Made by a program: the position numbers and the translations under genes | Notes under the pieces: model-generated | What the model saw: only the letters and a program-made list of their open reading frames with translations | What the model was told of the DNA's origin: nothing | The model's database searches: none | NCBI GenBank assembly: GCA_963675745.2 | Contig: CAXXWX010000026.1 | Location: forward strand, 576,001 to 640,000 | Origin: Phycisphaerae bacterium | GTDB lineage: Bacteria; Planctomycetota; Phycisphaerae; UBA1845; Fen-1342 | Length of the DNA stretch: 64,000 bases | Direction of reading: 5' to 3' | In this document: piece after piece, positions 28,668 to 37,467 of the stretch | Numbering within the stretch: position 1 is the first letter of the stretch | Layout of the letters: every line of letters starts with the position of its first letter

Positions 28668-29050
28668 TACGCGTGTGGTCCTGTGCGTGGGCTGCAATCA
28701 GACATATGTTCGACCGCGACGCCGGCAAGGTGCCAGGCGGTGAGCACTGGCATCGACGCGATCGCAACGAGCAAGGCGATCAAGAGCACGAGACATGCTG
28801 CTCTTTGCTCGATTCAAGATGCCCGGCTGCACGCGCCGTCATAAACCCAGCCCGCCAGCCGGCAAACCACAGCATACACAGCGGCTCAAGGCGGATCAAT
28901 GCAGGCCCACAACCCCGGCGGGTGCGTGGCGTCGGCTTCCGCAGCCGGAGCTGGAGCGTCTAACTCAGATTCGCAGCGGTAGCCGGCGTGGAAACACCGC
29001 CGGGCCCGGCGCTCTGTTCACGCCGGACAGGTTTGGGCTACACTGTCCCC

Positions 29051-29806
29051 ATGAACACATCGCTCGCCCACCACAATCTCGTTCTCCTCTTGACCATCGC
29101 TCTCGTGGTTTCGCTGCTGCCCGGCGCCGATGCGCAAACGGCCGATCGCGATAAGACCCCTGGCAGCGTCGCCCTCTTCAATGGCCGCAATCTGGACGGC
29201 TGGAAGCTGCGCAACGAGGGGCAAAAGGACACCTGGAAAGTCGTTTCCCAGGTCGCGATCGACAAGGCCGATCCGAAGCGACTCATCGGCACCGGCGCGG
29301 GCGGCACGCCTGACGCCGTGCTGTTTCGCGCCCCTGTCGCGCACGGGAGTGACCTCCTGACTGAGAAGAGCTTCGGGGATTGCAGGCTGCACATTGAGCT
29401 GATGGTGCCCAAGGACAGCAACTCCGGCGTGTACCTCATGGGCCGGTACGAAGTGCAGGTCTTCGATAGTTTCGGCAAAGCGGACGACCAGATCGCGCAC
29501 AGTGACATGGGCGGCATTTACAGCGTGAAGGCCCCGGCGACCAACGCCAGCAAGGCCCCCGGCCAGTGGCAGTCGCTGGACATTATCTTCCGCGCGCCGC
29601 GTTTCGACGCCGCCGGCAACAAGACCGAGAACGCACGGTTTGTGAAGGTCGCGTTGAATGGCAAAACGATTCAGAAGAACGTCGAGGTGAAGGGGCCAAC
29701 TGGTGGCGAACTGCCGGGCGGCGAAAAGCCCACCGGCCCGTTGATGCTCCAGGGCGACCACGGCGTCGTGGCGTATCGGAACATCATCATCGAACCGGTA
29801 AAGTGA
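29051..29806 (+). CDS. DUF1080 / 3-keto-disaccharide hydrolase family protein
   Basis: LFNGRNLDGW, NSGVYL.GRYEVQVFDS, GQWQ..DI.F, GPLMLQGDHG.VAYRNI; signal peptide. Confidence 0.92.
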   Translation: MNTSLAHHNLVLLLTIALVVSLLPGADAQTADRDKTPGSVALFNGRNLDGWKLRNEGQKDTWKVVSQVAIDKADPKRLIGTGAGGTPDAVLFRAPVAHGSDLLTEKSFGDCRLHIELMVPKDSNSGVYLMGRYEVQVFDSFGKADDQIAHSDMGGIYSVKAPATNASKAPGQWQSLDIIFRAPRFDAAGNKTENARFVKVALNGKTIQKNVEVKGPTGGELPGGEKPTGPLMLQGDHGVVAYRNIIIEPVK

Positions 29807-29941
29807 GCCGGGATCGTCGCTGGAGGCGCATTCGGGCGACCTGAGCGACAGGGCGGCGCTGGGACGCTGCAGCCGTCAGCGATAGCCTCTGTCAGGATCG
29901 CCAGCCGTGAACCCGCTGATGGACACAAAGGAGAACCCGCC

Positions 29942-31288
29942 ATGTCGAAGAGCACGATTTCGCGCCGCACGTTCCTGGGCGGGGCCGCCTCGGCCGCCGC
30001 GTTCACCATCGTGCCAGCCCATGTTCTCGGTGGAGCGCGCGGGCAAGCGCCCAGCGAGAAGCTGAACATCGCCGGGATCGGCGTCGGCGGGATGGGGCAC
30101 GTCAACCTGAACAACCTCGCCACCGAGAACATAGTGGCCTTGTGCGATGTGGATCCCAACTACGCGGCCAAATCCTTCAACAAGTTTCCCGAGGCGCGCG
30201 TGTGGACCGACTACCGCGAGATGCTGGAGAAGCAGAAAGACATCGACGCCGTGCTCATCGCAACGCCGGACCACACGCACGCGGTCATCGCGATGGCCGC
30301 GATGAATGCCGGAAAACACGTGTATCTCCAGAAACCGCTCTCACACGATATATATGAGGCCCGCGCGCTGGCCAAGGGGGCCCGCGAGGCGAACGTGATC
30401 ACGCAGATGGGGATTCAGGGCCATTCCGACGAGGGCGTGCGGCTTATTTGCGAGTGGATTGCGGACGGCGCGATTGGCGAGGTACGCGAGGTGGACGTCT
30501 GGTGCAACGACTCGTACTACCCGTGGGGCCACGCCGGCTGGAGCCCCGCGAAGCCCGAGCGCCCCACGGACACTCCGCCGCCACCGGCTGGCATGGATTG
30601 GGATCTGTGGATCGGGCCGGCGCCCCTGCGGCCGTATCATCGCTCATATCACCCGATGTCCTGGCGGGCGTGGTGGGACTTCGGCTCCGGTTGGATGGCG
30701 GATCGTGGCGCGCACCAGATCGACCCGGCGTTTTGGGCGCTTAAGCTCGGCCTGCCAACGAGCGTCGAGGCGACTTCGCTCGGCCAAACCGACGAGACGC
30801 ACGCGATTGCGGCGATCGTCACGTTCCAATTCCCGGCTCGCGAAAATCTGCCGCCCGTCAAGCTGACCTGGTACGAGGGTCTGCGGGCCCCGCGACCCGA
30901 GGAGCTGGAACAGGGCCGAAGAATGGGCGACAGCGAAGGTGGAGCGCTGTTCAAGGGAACAAAGGGCAAGATCATGTGCGGGACATACGGCAACAGCCCG
31001 CGCCTGATCCCCGAGAGCCGTATGCAGGAATACCAGCGGCCAGAGAAGACCATCCCGCGCGTGGCGGACAATCACGAACAGGAGTGGGTACGCGCGTGCA
31101 AGGAGGGCCGGCCGGCCGGTGCCAATTTCGACTATTCAGCGCCGCTGACCGAGATCTGCCTGCTCGGCGTGATTGCCAGGCGGATGGACGCCCGTATCGA
31201 GTGGGATGCGGCGAACATGGCGGTTTCAAACCTGCCCGAAGCAAACAAGTATGTGCGGCGGGAGTACCGGGCCGGGTGGAGTCTGTAG
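29942..31288 (+). CDS. Tat-exported Gfo/Idh/MocA oxidoreductase
   Basis: SRRTFL twin-arginine; IGVGGMG; ATPDHTH; GKHVYLQKPL; WDLWIGPAP. Confidence 0.93.
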   Translation: MSKSTISRRTFLGGAASAAAFTIVPAHVLGGARGQAPSEKLNIAGIGVGGMGHVNLNNLATENIVALCDVDPNYAAKSFNKFPEARVWTDYREMLEKQKDIDAVLIATPDHTHAVIAMAAMNAGKHVYLQKPLSHDIYEARALAKGAREANVITQMGIQGHSDEGVRLICEWIADGAIGEVREVDVWCNDSYYPWGHAGWSPAKPERPTDTPPPPAGMDWDLWIGPAPLRPYHRSYHPMSWRAWWDFGSGWMADRGAHQIDPAFWALKLGLPTSVEATSLGQTDETHAIAAIVTFQFPARENLPPVKLTWYEGLRAPRPEELEQGRRMGDSEGGALFKGTKGKIMCGTYGNSPRLIPESRMQEYQRPEKTIPRVADNHEQEWVRACKEGRPAGANFDYSAPLTEICLLGVIARRMDARIEWDAANMAVSNLPEANKYVRREYRAGWSL

Positions 31289-31552
31289 TGTGGTCATCGC
31301 ATGTCTGAGCTGCTACCCGCGATCTGATTCGAACAATGCGCGCTGCCGGCGATGACCTTCCAGAGGCCGAGACGCGAGTAATGCGACAACGCGAAATCAC
31401 GCCGCCGCGACCGAAACTGCGATTCGGGGGCCGCGTGATCTTGCTAGTGGTGCTCCTCTCAGCGTGATTCAAGTTCCGGTTCGGGCCAGGCTGTCGATCT
31501 GCTAGACTTGTGGGGTGACAGTCGCTAGCGTGCAGCCTTGGGAGATCGCGCC

Positions 31553-33154
31553 ATGCGTTCATCTCAGCAGTCAATCCGGCTTGTCCTAATCGCGTTGGGC
31601 CTGGCCGCGCGGGTCGCCCCGAGCCTGGCGGAAATCACGGTTGACCCGTGGGTGCCCCTCTACCGAGGCGCGGACCACGCGGTTGGATACGCCGATACGG
31701 ACGAAATACGGCCACAACTTGTCAACTGTCTACGGATAGACCTTGCGGATTTGGACATCCAGTTTGTCGCCACGCCGTCCAACGATCCTGCCCCGCTCGA
31801 AACCCTCTCAGCGACAGGGAGTCAGTTCCTGGCCGCCACAGGAGCTCATGCGGGCGTAAACACGAGCTTCTACGTGCCCTGCTGCTCAACGCTGCCGGAA
31901 AACAAAGACCTGATCGGCCTGGCCGTGTCCGATGGGGAGCTTGTTTCGCCAGCACAAGCGGATGCCCGCGCCGCGGTTCTCATCGACGTGGTGAACCAGG
32001 CGTCCATGGTGAACACGGTCACCGACCCGTATTCACTTGATGGTGTTCTATTCGCATTCGCGGGCTCGAACTTCGTTCTCGGCGCGGGCCGCGACCTCCC
32101 GACCGGCGCAGACACGATACATCCCGCCCGGACGCTCGTCGGCGTCGGTGACCGGGATACTCCCGGGGACAACGGGCTGCTGTACTTCATTACGATTGAC
32201 GCCGGTCTTTCCGGCGTGAGCGACGGGGCCACGAGGCGGGAATCGGCGGAGTGGCTCTTTCGGATTGGGGCGCATACCGGCATCAATCTCGATGGCGGAG
32301 GTTCGACGACGATGGTTTGGCAAACGCCCACCGGGGCAATCGAGCGTCTGAACATGCTGGGTGGAGGTACGCAGCGCTCCAACGGCAACAACTTCGGTGT
32401 GTTCGCAGCGCCCGCCGAAGGTGAGCCCCAGCCGCACTTCATGCCGCTTTGGTTCGCGGGGTTGCCAGACGATTCGGTGGCCGACTTCTCGCCCGAGAAC
32501 GGAGCGTCCAACCCGCCGCCAGGCAGTCCGGATGCCCTCGACGACGACTACTACTTCGCGGGCGTATATCCGGACCCGATTGGCGTCGTGCCGGAGGACG
32601 AGCCGCTTGCCAACGTGGAACGGGCCGTGATCTACTTCGACCCGCCAAACGACGAAACGCTTCGTTTCCACTTCAATCTGTCGGCGGATGAAGCGCGGGG
32701 CACGTCGCAGTTCCGCTACTCGACCGGCATATTCCAACAAGATGGGGCAGGCACGCGCAGCGTGCAAATCGAGGTGCTGTGCAACGACGTGGCGGCCGAT
32801 GTCGTCTCATTGACGGAAGGCGAGCTATACACGTCACCGCCGTTCGACGCTGATGTGGTTGGAGTGGTGGAGGGCGCGAATGTCTTGACCGTCCGACAGG
32901 TTGGCGGGGACGCGCAGTGGACGAATTTCGATTTCCATCGACTTGAAGTCAAGGTGGCTCTGCCGTTACCAGGGGATTGGGATGACGACGGTGACTTGGA
33001 CATTGCCGACGCCATCGCTCTGCTCGATTGCCTGACTGGTCCGGGGGAAACGCCCACCGATCCGAATTGCCTGACGGTCTTCGACTTTGAACCCGACGAC
33101 GATGTGGACCTGCGGGACCTCTTTGAGTCTCAGCCGGATTTCGCCACGCCGTGA
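31553..33154 (+). CDS. Secreted phosphodiester glycosidase (NAGPA-like) with beta-sandwich domain and dockerin-like tail
   Basis: VNTSFY, HPARTLVG, INLDGGGSTTM; C-terminal GDWDDDGDLDIAD...CLTGP...C..FDFEPDDDVDLRD. Confidence 0.85.
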   Translation: MRSSQQSIRLVLIALGLAARVAPSLAEITVDPWVPLYRGADHAVGYADTDEIRPQLVNCLRIDLADLDIQFVATPSNDPAPLETLSATGSQFLAATGAHAGVNTSFYVPCCSTLPENKDLIGLAVSDGELVSPAQADARAAVLIDVVNQASMVNTVTDPYSLDGVLFAFAGSNFVLGAGRDLPTGADTIHPARTLVGVGDRDTPGDNGLLYFITIDAGLSGVSDGATRRESAEWLFRIGAHTGINLDGGGSTTMVWQTPTGAIERLNMLGGGTQRSNGNNFGVFAAPAEGEPQPHFMPLWFAGLPDDSVADFSPENGASNPPPGSPDALDDDYYFAGVYPDPIGVVPEDEPLANVERAVIYFDPPNDETLRFHFNLSADEARGTSQFRYSTGIFQQDGAGTRSVQIEVLCNDVAADVVSLTEGELYTSPPFDADVVGVVEGANVLTVRQVGGDAQWTNFDFHRLEVKVALPLPGDWDDDGDLDIADAIALLDCLTGPGETPTDPNCLTVFDFEPDDDVDLRDLFESQPDFATP

Positions 33155-33529
33155 ATCCGACGGCGGCCGCGCTCGCGAATCTCGCGGTTCGGACGCAACG
33201 AAACGGGCCTTGCGGGATAGGCGCAGAACAAGACCCTGCCATGAGCCCTGGCAGGGTCGCCGCTTCTGCACTCCCCGTTCAAAATGGTTTCAAACGCTGG
33301 GAAACCTGCGAGGGTGGTTGGACGGTGCGAACTCGCTTAACAGCCCTCGAAGGCGGTCGGAGCCTCGGATTGCAGCATGGCCGGAGGGAACGCCAAAAGG
33401 TAGCTCACCTGTTATTACCGCACTTGCGTTCGTCGCAATCCGGCGTCTCGTCGTCACGTGGCGCTGGCGCCAGCCCGCATCACTATCAGCTGACATTTCG
33501 ATCATGGCGCACGAGATCACCGAAGAAGG

Positions 33530-34897
33530 CTAGTCGCTTCGCAGCTCATAGGCGATTCTGGAAGCTTCGGCCCACGACACCGGCGTTCCCTCGTGCAACC
33601 CGCGGCTATCATATCTGACCGCCAGCATCACGTCCGTGTCATCAATCCGGATCGCCAGCGGGCGGTAACCCGACAGAAGTTCCACGGGCGCGATCCCGGG
33701 AATCTCCGTGACCAGATCAGGGCCGTGCACCGACAGCGTGTAACTGGGATCAAACTTATTGTGACCCGGCTCCGAGACCTCCGGGCGCACGGGCAGTCGA
33801 GCGATGTACGGGTCGCACTTGCCCAGCAGGTCAAAACACTGCCGCTGCGAGAAGTAAGAAAACGCTCCTGCCCACATCACGGCCGCGGTCGCATCGGAGC
33901 GCGCGATTCGATCCGCCGCGATGACATGCAGCATCGAACTGCGGTTGCCACGTGTGCCGTCCGGCGCGCGCAGCAACAGCCACTCCGGTAAGCGCACCTG
34001 ATTTATGGCGATGGCTGTCACAATGCACAGGCCATAACGCGCAAATGCTCGCCTCCTGGGCAGACTCAGGATCCGGCTGATCCGGCAGATCCCGTCGCCG
34101 GCCAACACCATCAATCCCAGCGTGGTGGGCAACTCGAAGCGATAACCGTTGACCCATGCATCGCCGCCGATCCATACATTGTACGCATAACTGACCAGGA
34201 ACGTCCCGGCCAAGAGCACGCGCCACGATCGTAAACGCAGGAACGATGCGGCAGCCAGCATCACCGGTGGCCACAACGCCACCATGGTCCACAGACCCGC
34301 GCGAATACCGACCGGAAGCCGGTCGGAAAGCGGCCAGCCCGTCGCCTTCAGGTAATACGTATTCGGCAGCCATTCGCCGTAGTAGCCGTGCCGCCAAAGC
34401 ACGTGCACCCCGATCGCCATCAGCGCCAGAGCGAGACCCGCCACGGTCAGCCGGCACGCCCGGGCCAGCAGCACGGTCGCCACCAGGCAACCCCACAGAA
34501 TCGGGTCGCCAAGTACTTGCACCAGAAGAACGGTATGGTGTGGCGACCACCTCAACAGGTGACACGCGCCCATCACGACAGTCCAGCCGAAGTTACTGTA
34601 GCCCTCGATGCGCTCGCCGGGATTCCACACCAGGCCATCGCCCTCCGCCCAGTTGGCGGCATAACGCATGGAGACCATCGCGTCATCGAACAGGCAAAAG
34701 TATCGCTGGCCTTCGATGACGAAACTCGAATGGTAAATGAAGACGCCGGCGTAGCACGCCTGGATTACCGCCGCCAGCAGGGCGAACCGCCAGACACAGG
34801 AATATTGGCTGGCGCCAACGCCCGGGGCATGTCGCACATTTCGAGGTGACATGTCCACGCATACGCTCCATTTCTGCGTGGTCAACGACCTCAGCAT
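33530..34897 (-). CDS. GT-C-type (AftB-like) membrane glycosyltransferase, apparently internally shortened
   Basis: DDAMVSMRYAANWAEGDGLVWNPGERIEGYSNF, YYGEWLPNTYYLK, IGGDAW...RF, DLLGKCD..IAR...PGHNK. Confidence 0.7.
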   Translation of the reverse strand: MLRSLTTQKWSVCVDMSPRNVRHAPGVGASQYSCVWRFALLAAVIQACYAGVFIYHSSFVIEGQRYFCLFDDAMVSMRYAANWAEGDGLVWNPGERIEGYSNFGWTVVMGACHLLRWSPHHTVLLVQVLGDPILWGCLVATVLLARACRLTVAGLALALMAIGVHVLWRHGYYGEWLPNTYYLKATGWPLSDRLPVGIRAGLWTMVALWPPVMLAAASFLRLRSWRVLLAGTFLVSYAYNVWIGGDAWVNGYRFELPTTLGLMVLAGDGICRISRILSLPRRRAFARYGLCIVTAIAINQVRLPEWLLLRAPDGTRGNRSSMLHVIAADRIARSDATAAVMWAGAFSYFSQRQCFDLLGKCDPYIARLPVRPEVSEPGHNKFDPSYTLSVHGPDLVTEIPGIAPVELLSGYRPLAIRIDDTDVMLAVRYDSRGLHEGTPVSWAEASRIAYELRSD

Positions 34898-35191
34898 AGC
34901 GAATCCCCGGCTGCAACGGAAAGGTTACAGTCCAGGGCGACGGGGTATCTGCACGCAAACTGGATGGTGCGGGCGGCCAGCGGGCAGGCCTTTGGCGCGT
35001 TCGTCGAACTCAACGAGCGCCCGGCCGCTGGCCTTATGGTGTCTCAGCTTTGGTGTGCGGGATGTTCTCTGGGGCATCGGAACGGCCTCCTGAGTCTGGG
35101 GCGCGGGTAGTACTATCCGCCTTCAACCTCGGTTATAACCGCTCCGCCGCTTGCGGCGGATACCATCCAGACGGACCTGCTGGGATTGGCG

Positions 35192-37078
35192 ATCGGGTAG
35201 CCGGGGAGGTTGCCCTGCCCCGGCTCCCACACCACCGTACGTACGGTTCCGTATACGGCGGTTCACGAGCAACCCGCGAGTCGCCGATGCTCGTCCATCA
35301 GGCTGATCAGCCCGAGTCCGCGCAGTTCGGAGGTCGGGACGGCGTGGTTCATGTGACGGGCCCCGGCGTTCCACCAGGGACCACGCCCATTCCACGCCGA
35401 CTGCCGGGCCCGCTCATGATCCAGGCCCCGCCGGCACAGCTCCCTGAACTGGGTCCGGTGTCGCTTCCACTGTCGCCACAGGATGCAGCGCAGTTTTCGT
35501 CGTAACCACTGGTCCAGTTGCTCGAAGCTCGCCTTGACCTCCGCGAGCTTGTAGTACGCCACCCAGCCCCGCAGTACGCGGGTCAGGGATTCGGCGACGC
35601 GGGCGAGGTTGCAACCCCGTCCGCGACGCAGCATGGGGCGGAGCTTGGCCTTCAATCGGTGCACCGATTGCGGGGCCACCTTCAGCTTCGGCTGCCGGTG
35701 CATGGTCACGGTGTAGCCCAGGAACTTGCGGGTCCAGGGCCGATCCACCGCGCTCTTCTCACGGTTCACGTGGAGACGCAGTCGCTCCGTCACGAACCGC
35801 TCCACCGAATCGAGCACCCGTTCGCCCGCACGCCTGGACCGCACGTAGATGTTGCAGTCGTCAGCATAGCGAACGAATCGATGGCCGCGCCGTTCCAGCT
35901 CCTTGTCCAGCTCATCGAGCAGGACGTTGCTCAACAGCGGCGATAGCGGCCCACCCTGCGGTGTGCCCTCGGCCCGGGGCGAGACCAGCCCGCCCTCCAT
36001 CATCCCCGCCTGTAGATAGCGGCGGAGGAGGAGTAACACCTTCTTGTCCTTGACCCGGCGCGCCACGCGTGACATGAGCACGTCGTGGTTCACCCGGTCG
36101 AAGAACTTCTCCAGATCCATGTCCACCGTCCAGCGATAACCGGCCGCGATATGCTCGCGGGCACGTTGCACCGCTTGGTGCGTGCTTCGTTCCGGACGGA
36201 AGCCGAAGCTCGCATCCGAGAACGTCGGGTCGAAGATCGGCTGGAGGACCTGGAGTAAGGCTTGCTGGATCAGACGATCCAGCACGGTCGGGATGCCCAG
36301 CGTTCGCATCCCCTTCCCGCCCGGCTTGGGGATTTCCACCTTCCGGACCGGCTGGGGTTGATACGTGCCGTTGAGCAGCGCCTCCCGGATGCGGGACCAG
36401 TGTTCCCGGCAGTACGGCATCAGGTCGTCGACGGCCATGCCATCCACGCCTGCCGCCCCTTTGTTGCGCACTACCCGTTCGTGTGCGCGGATCAGGTTCT
36501 CACGTGACACGACCTGATCGATGAGCATCGGAGCCTCGGCCCCGGTCTGTCCGTGCTGTGCCGTGCGCGCTTGACGCGCGGTTCCGGTACCCTCGGCGAT
36601 GCCGTCGCCTACTCTTCCGGTCCGCTCGGGCTTCCCAGCCCTCTGGCCTGCGTCTCCTTCACGCATCGAACCTCACGACTCCGGTTCGGCTCCTCGTGTT
36701 CGGCCCTTCGCCGCCGTGTCCTGCGGCTACTATGGCCTCGGCTGACTTCTGCCCGTCCCTCACCACGCCTCGCAGCGCTGGTTAGCCTCAACGGCAGACG
36801 GGCAGACCTCCCAGGGTAAGGCGTTTGCCTTTCGCTCCATACACCCGCCGCATCTACGCCGGTTCGGTTCCGGATGGCATTGGGCTTTGCGTCTTTTGGC
36901 CCGCTCGCCCACCGACCGACGCCTCGTATGCGGTTCGTGTTCCTCAGGCCAGAGCTTTGCGTACAGCTTCCTTCAGACCCCGCCTCGCGGCGACGCCCTT
37001 GCTGTTCGGCTAGGGGTTCCTGCCATCAAGGCCCCCAGAGGACTTACACCTCCTAGTCAAACGCCATGCCTAGCACAC
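35192..37078 (-). mobile_element. Group II intron, class IIC (about 1887 nt)
   Basis: 5' GTGTGC at 37078; short DV AACCGCCGTATACGGAACCGTACGTACGGTGGT with CGC triad; DVI ending CCCGAT at 35192; inserted just after a terminator. Confidence 0.93.
35263..36666 (-). CDS. ltrA: Group II intron reverse transcriptase/maturase (no endonuclease domain)
   Basis: NKGAAGVDG, LGIPTVLDRLIQQA, DLEKFFDRVNH, GTPQGGPLSPLL, RYADD, FLGY; X domain, no HNH. Confidence 0.96.
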   Translation of the reverse strand: MREGDAGQRAGKPERTGRVGDGIAEGTGTARQARTAQHGQTGAEAPMLIDQVVSRENLIRAHERVVRNKGAAGVDGMAVDDLMPYCREHWSRIREALLNGTYQPQPVRKVEIPKPGGKGMRTLGIPTVLDRLIQQALLQVLQPIFDPTFSDASFGFRPERSTHQAVQRAREHIAAGYRWTVDMDLEKFFDRVNHDVLMSRVARRVKDKKVLLLLRRYLQAGMMEGGLVSPRAEGTPQGGPLSPLLSNVLLDELDKELERRGHRFVRYADDCNIYVRSRRAGERVLDSVERFVTERLRLHVNREKSAVDRPWTRKFLGYTVTMHRQPKLKVAPQSVHRLKAKLRPMLRRGRGCNLARVAESLTRVLRGWVAYYKLAEVKASFEQLDQWLRRKLRCILWRQWKRHRTQFRELCRRGLDHERARQSAWNGRGPWWNAGARHMNHAVPTSELRGLGLISLMDEHRRLAGCS

Positions 37079-37115
37079 CAAAAGCAAACCCCGCCAGGAG
37101 TTCCGGCGGGGTTGC
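37079..37115 (-). terminator. Intrinsic terminator of tRNA-Asn; intron target site
   Basis: Minus strand gcaaccccgccggaactcctggcggggtttgc-ttttg immediately before the intron 5' end. Confidence 0.85.
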
Positions 37116-37186
37116 TGAATCTGTCACTCCCCGACCCCGAAGCGCACTCGATTGCGTCACCTGAGGACGGGTTGTTGAATCGTCAA

Positions 37187-37258
37187 CTCCCCGAGTAGGA
37201 CTCGAACCTACAACCTAGCGGTTAACAGCCGCTCGCTCTACCATTGAGCTATCGGGGA
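37187..37258 (-). tRNA. tRNA-Asn (GTT), CCA not encoded
   Basis: TCCCCGA acceptor stem; TAGCTCAATGGTAGAGC D-arm; AGCGG-CTGTTAA-CCGCT anticodon arm; GTTCGAGTC T-loop. Confidence 0.96.
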
Positions 37259-37369
37259 TTCGGTTGTCTGATGCCGCCCGCGACGATTGGTGTGCTGTCG
37301 CGAGTAGCCACGTAGTTTACGCCAGCCCGCCGGCGAGATCAAGCTCAGCTTTGGCCACGATCAGCGACT

Positions 37370-37433
37370 CAGTGCCCGGCGCCAAGTGCCTCAGTGCCCG
37401 GTGCTCAGTGCCTCCGGTGCCCGGTGCCGTGCC
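37370..37433. repeat. Degenerate short tandem repeat (about 7-mer, (a/g)gtgcc(c/t))
   Basis: cagtgcccggcgccaagtgcctcagtgcccggtgctcagtgcctccggtgcccggtgccgtgcc. Confidence 0.65.
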
Positions 37434-37467
37434 ATGGGCTGTCGCGGCGTACGGCCGCCGAGGCACG

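Noticed and set aside
35129..35160. Palindrome cggttataaccg and hairpin tccgccgc-tt-gcggcgga beside the intron 3' exon
   Set aside because: Single occurrences outside the intron; no function can be supported.
35263..36666. RT as a diversity-generating retroelement, retron or defence RT driving propeller variability
   Set aside because: It has group II intron motifs and flanking DV/DVI RNA. I saw no TR/VR pair or Avd-like gene, and the variable blade codons are not limited to the A-to-N pattern.
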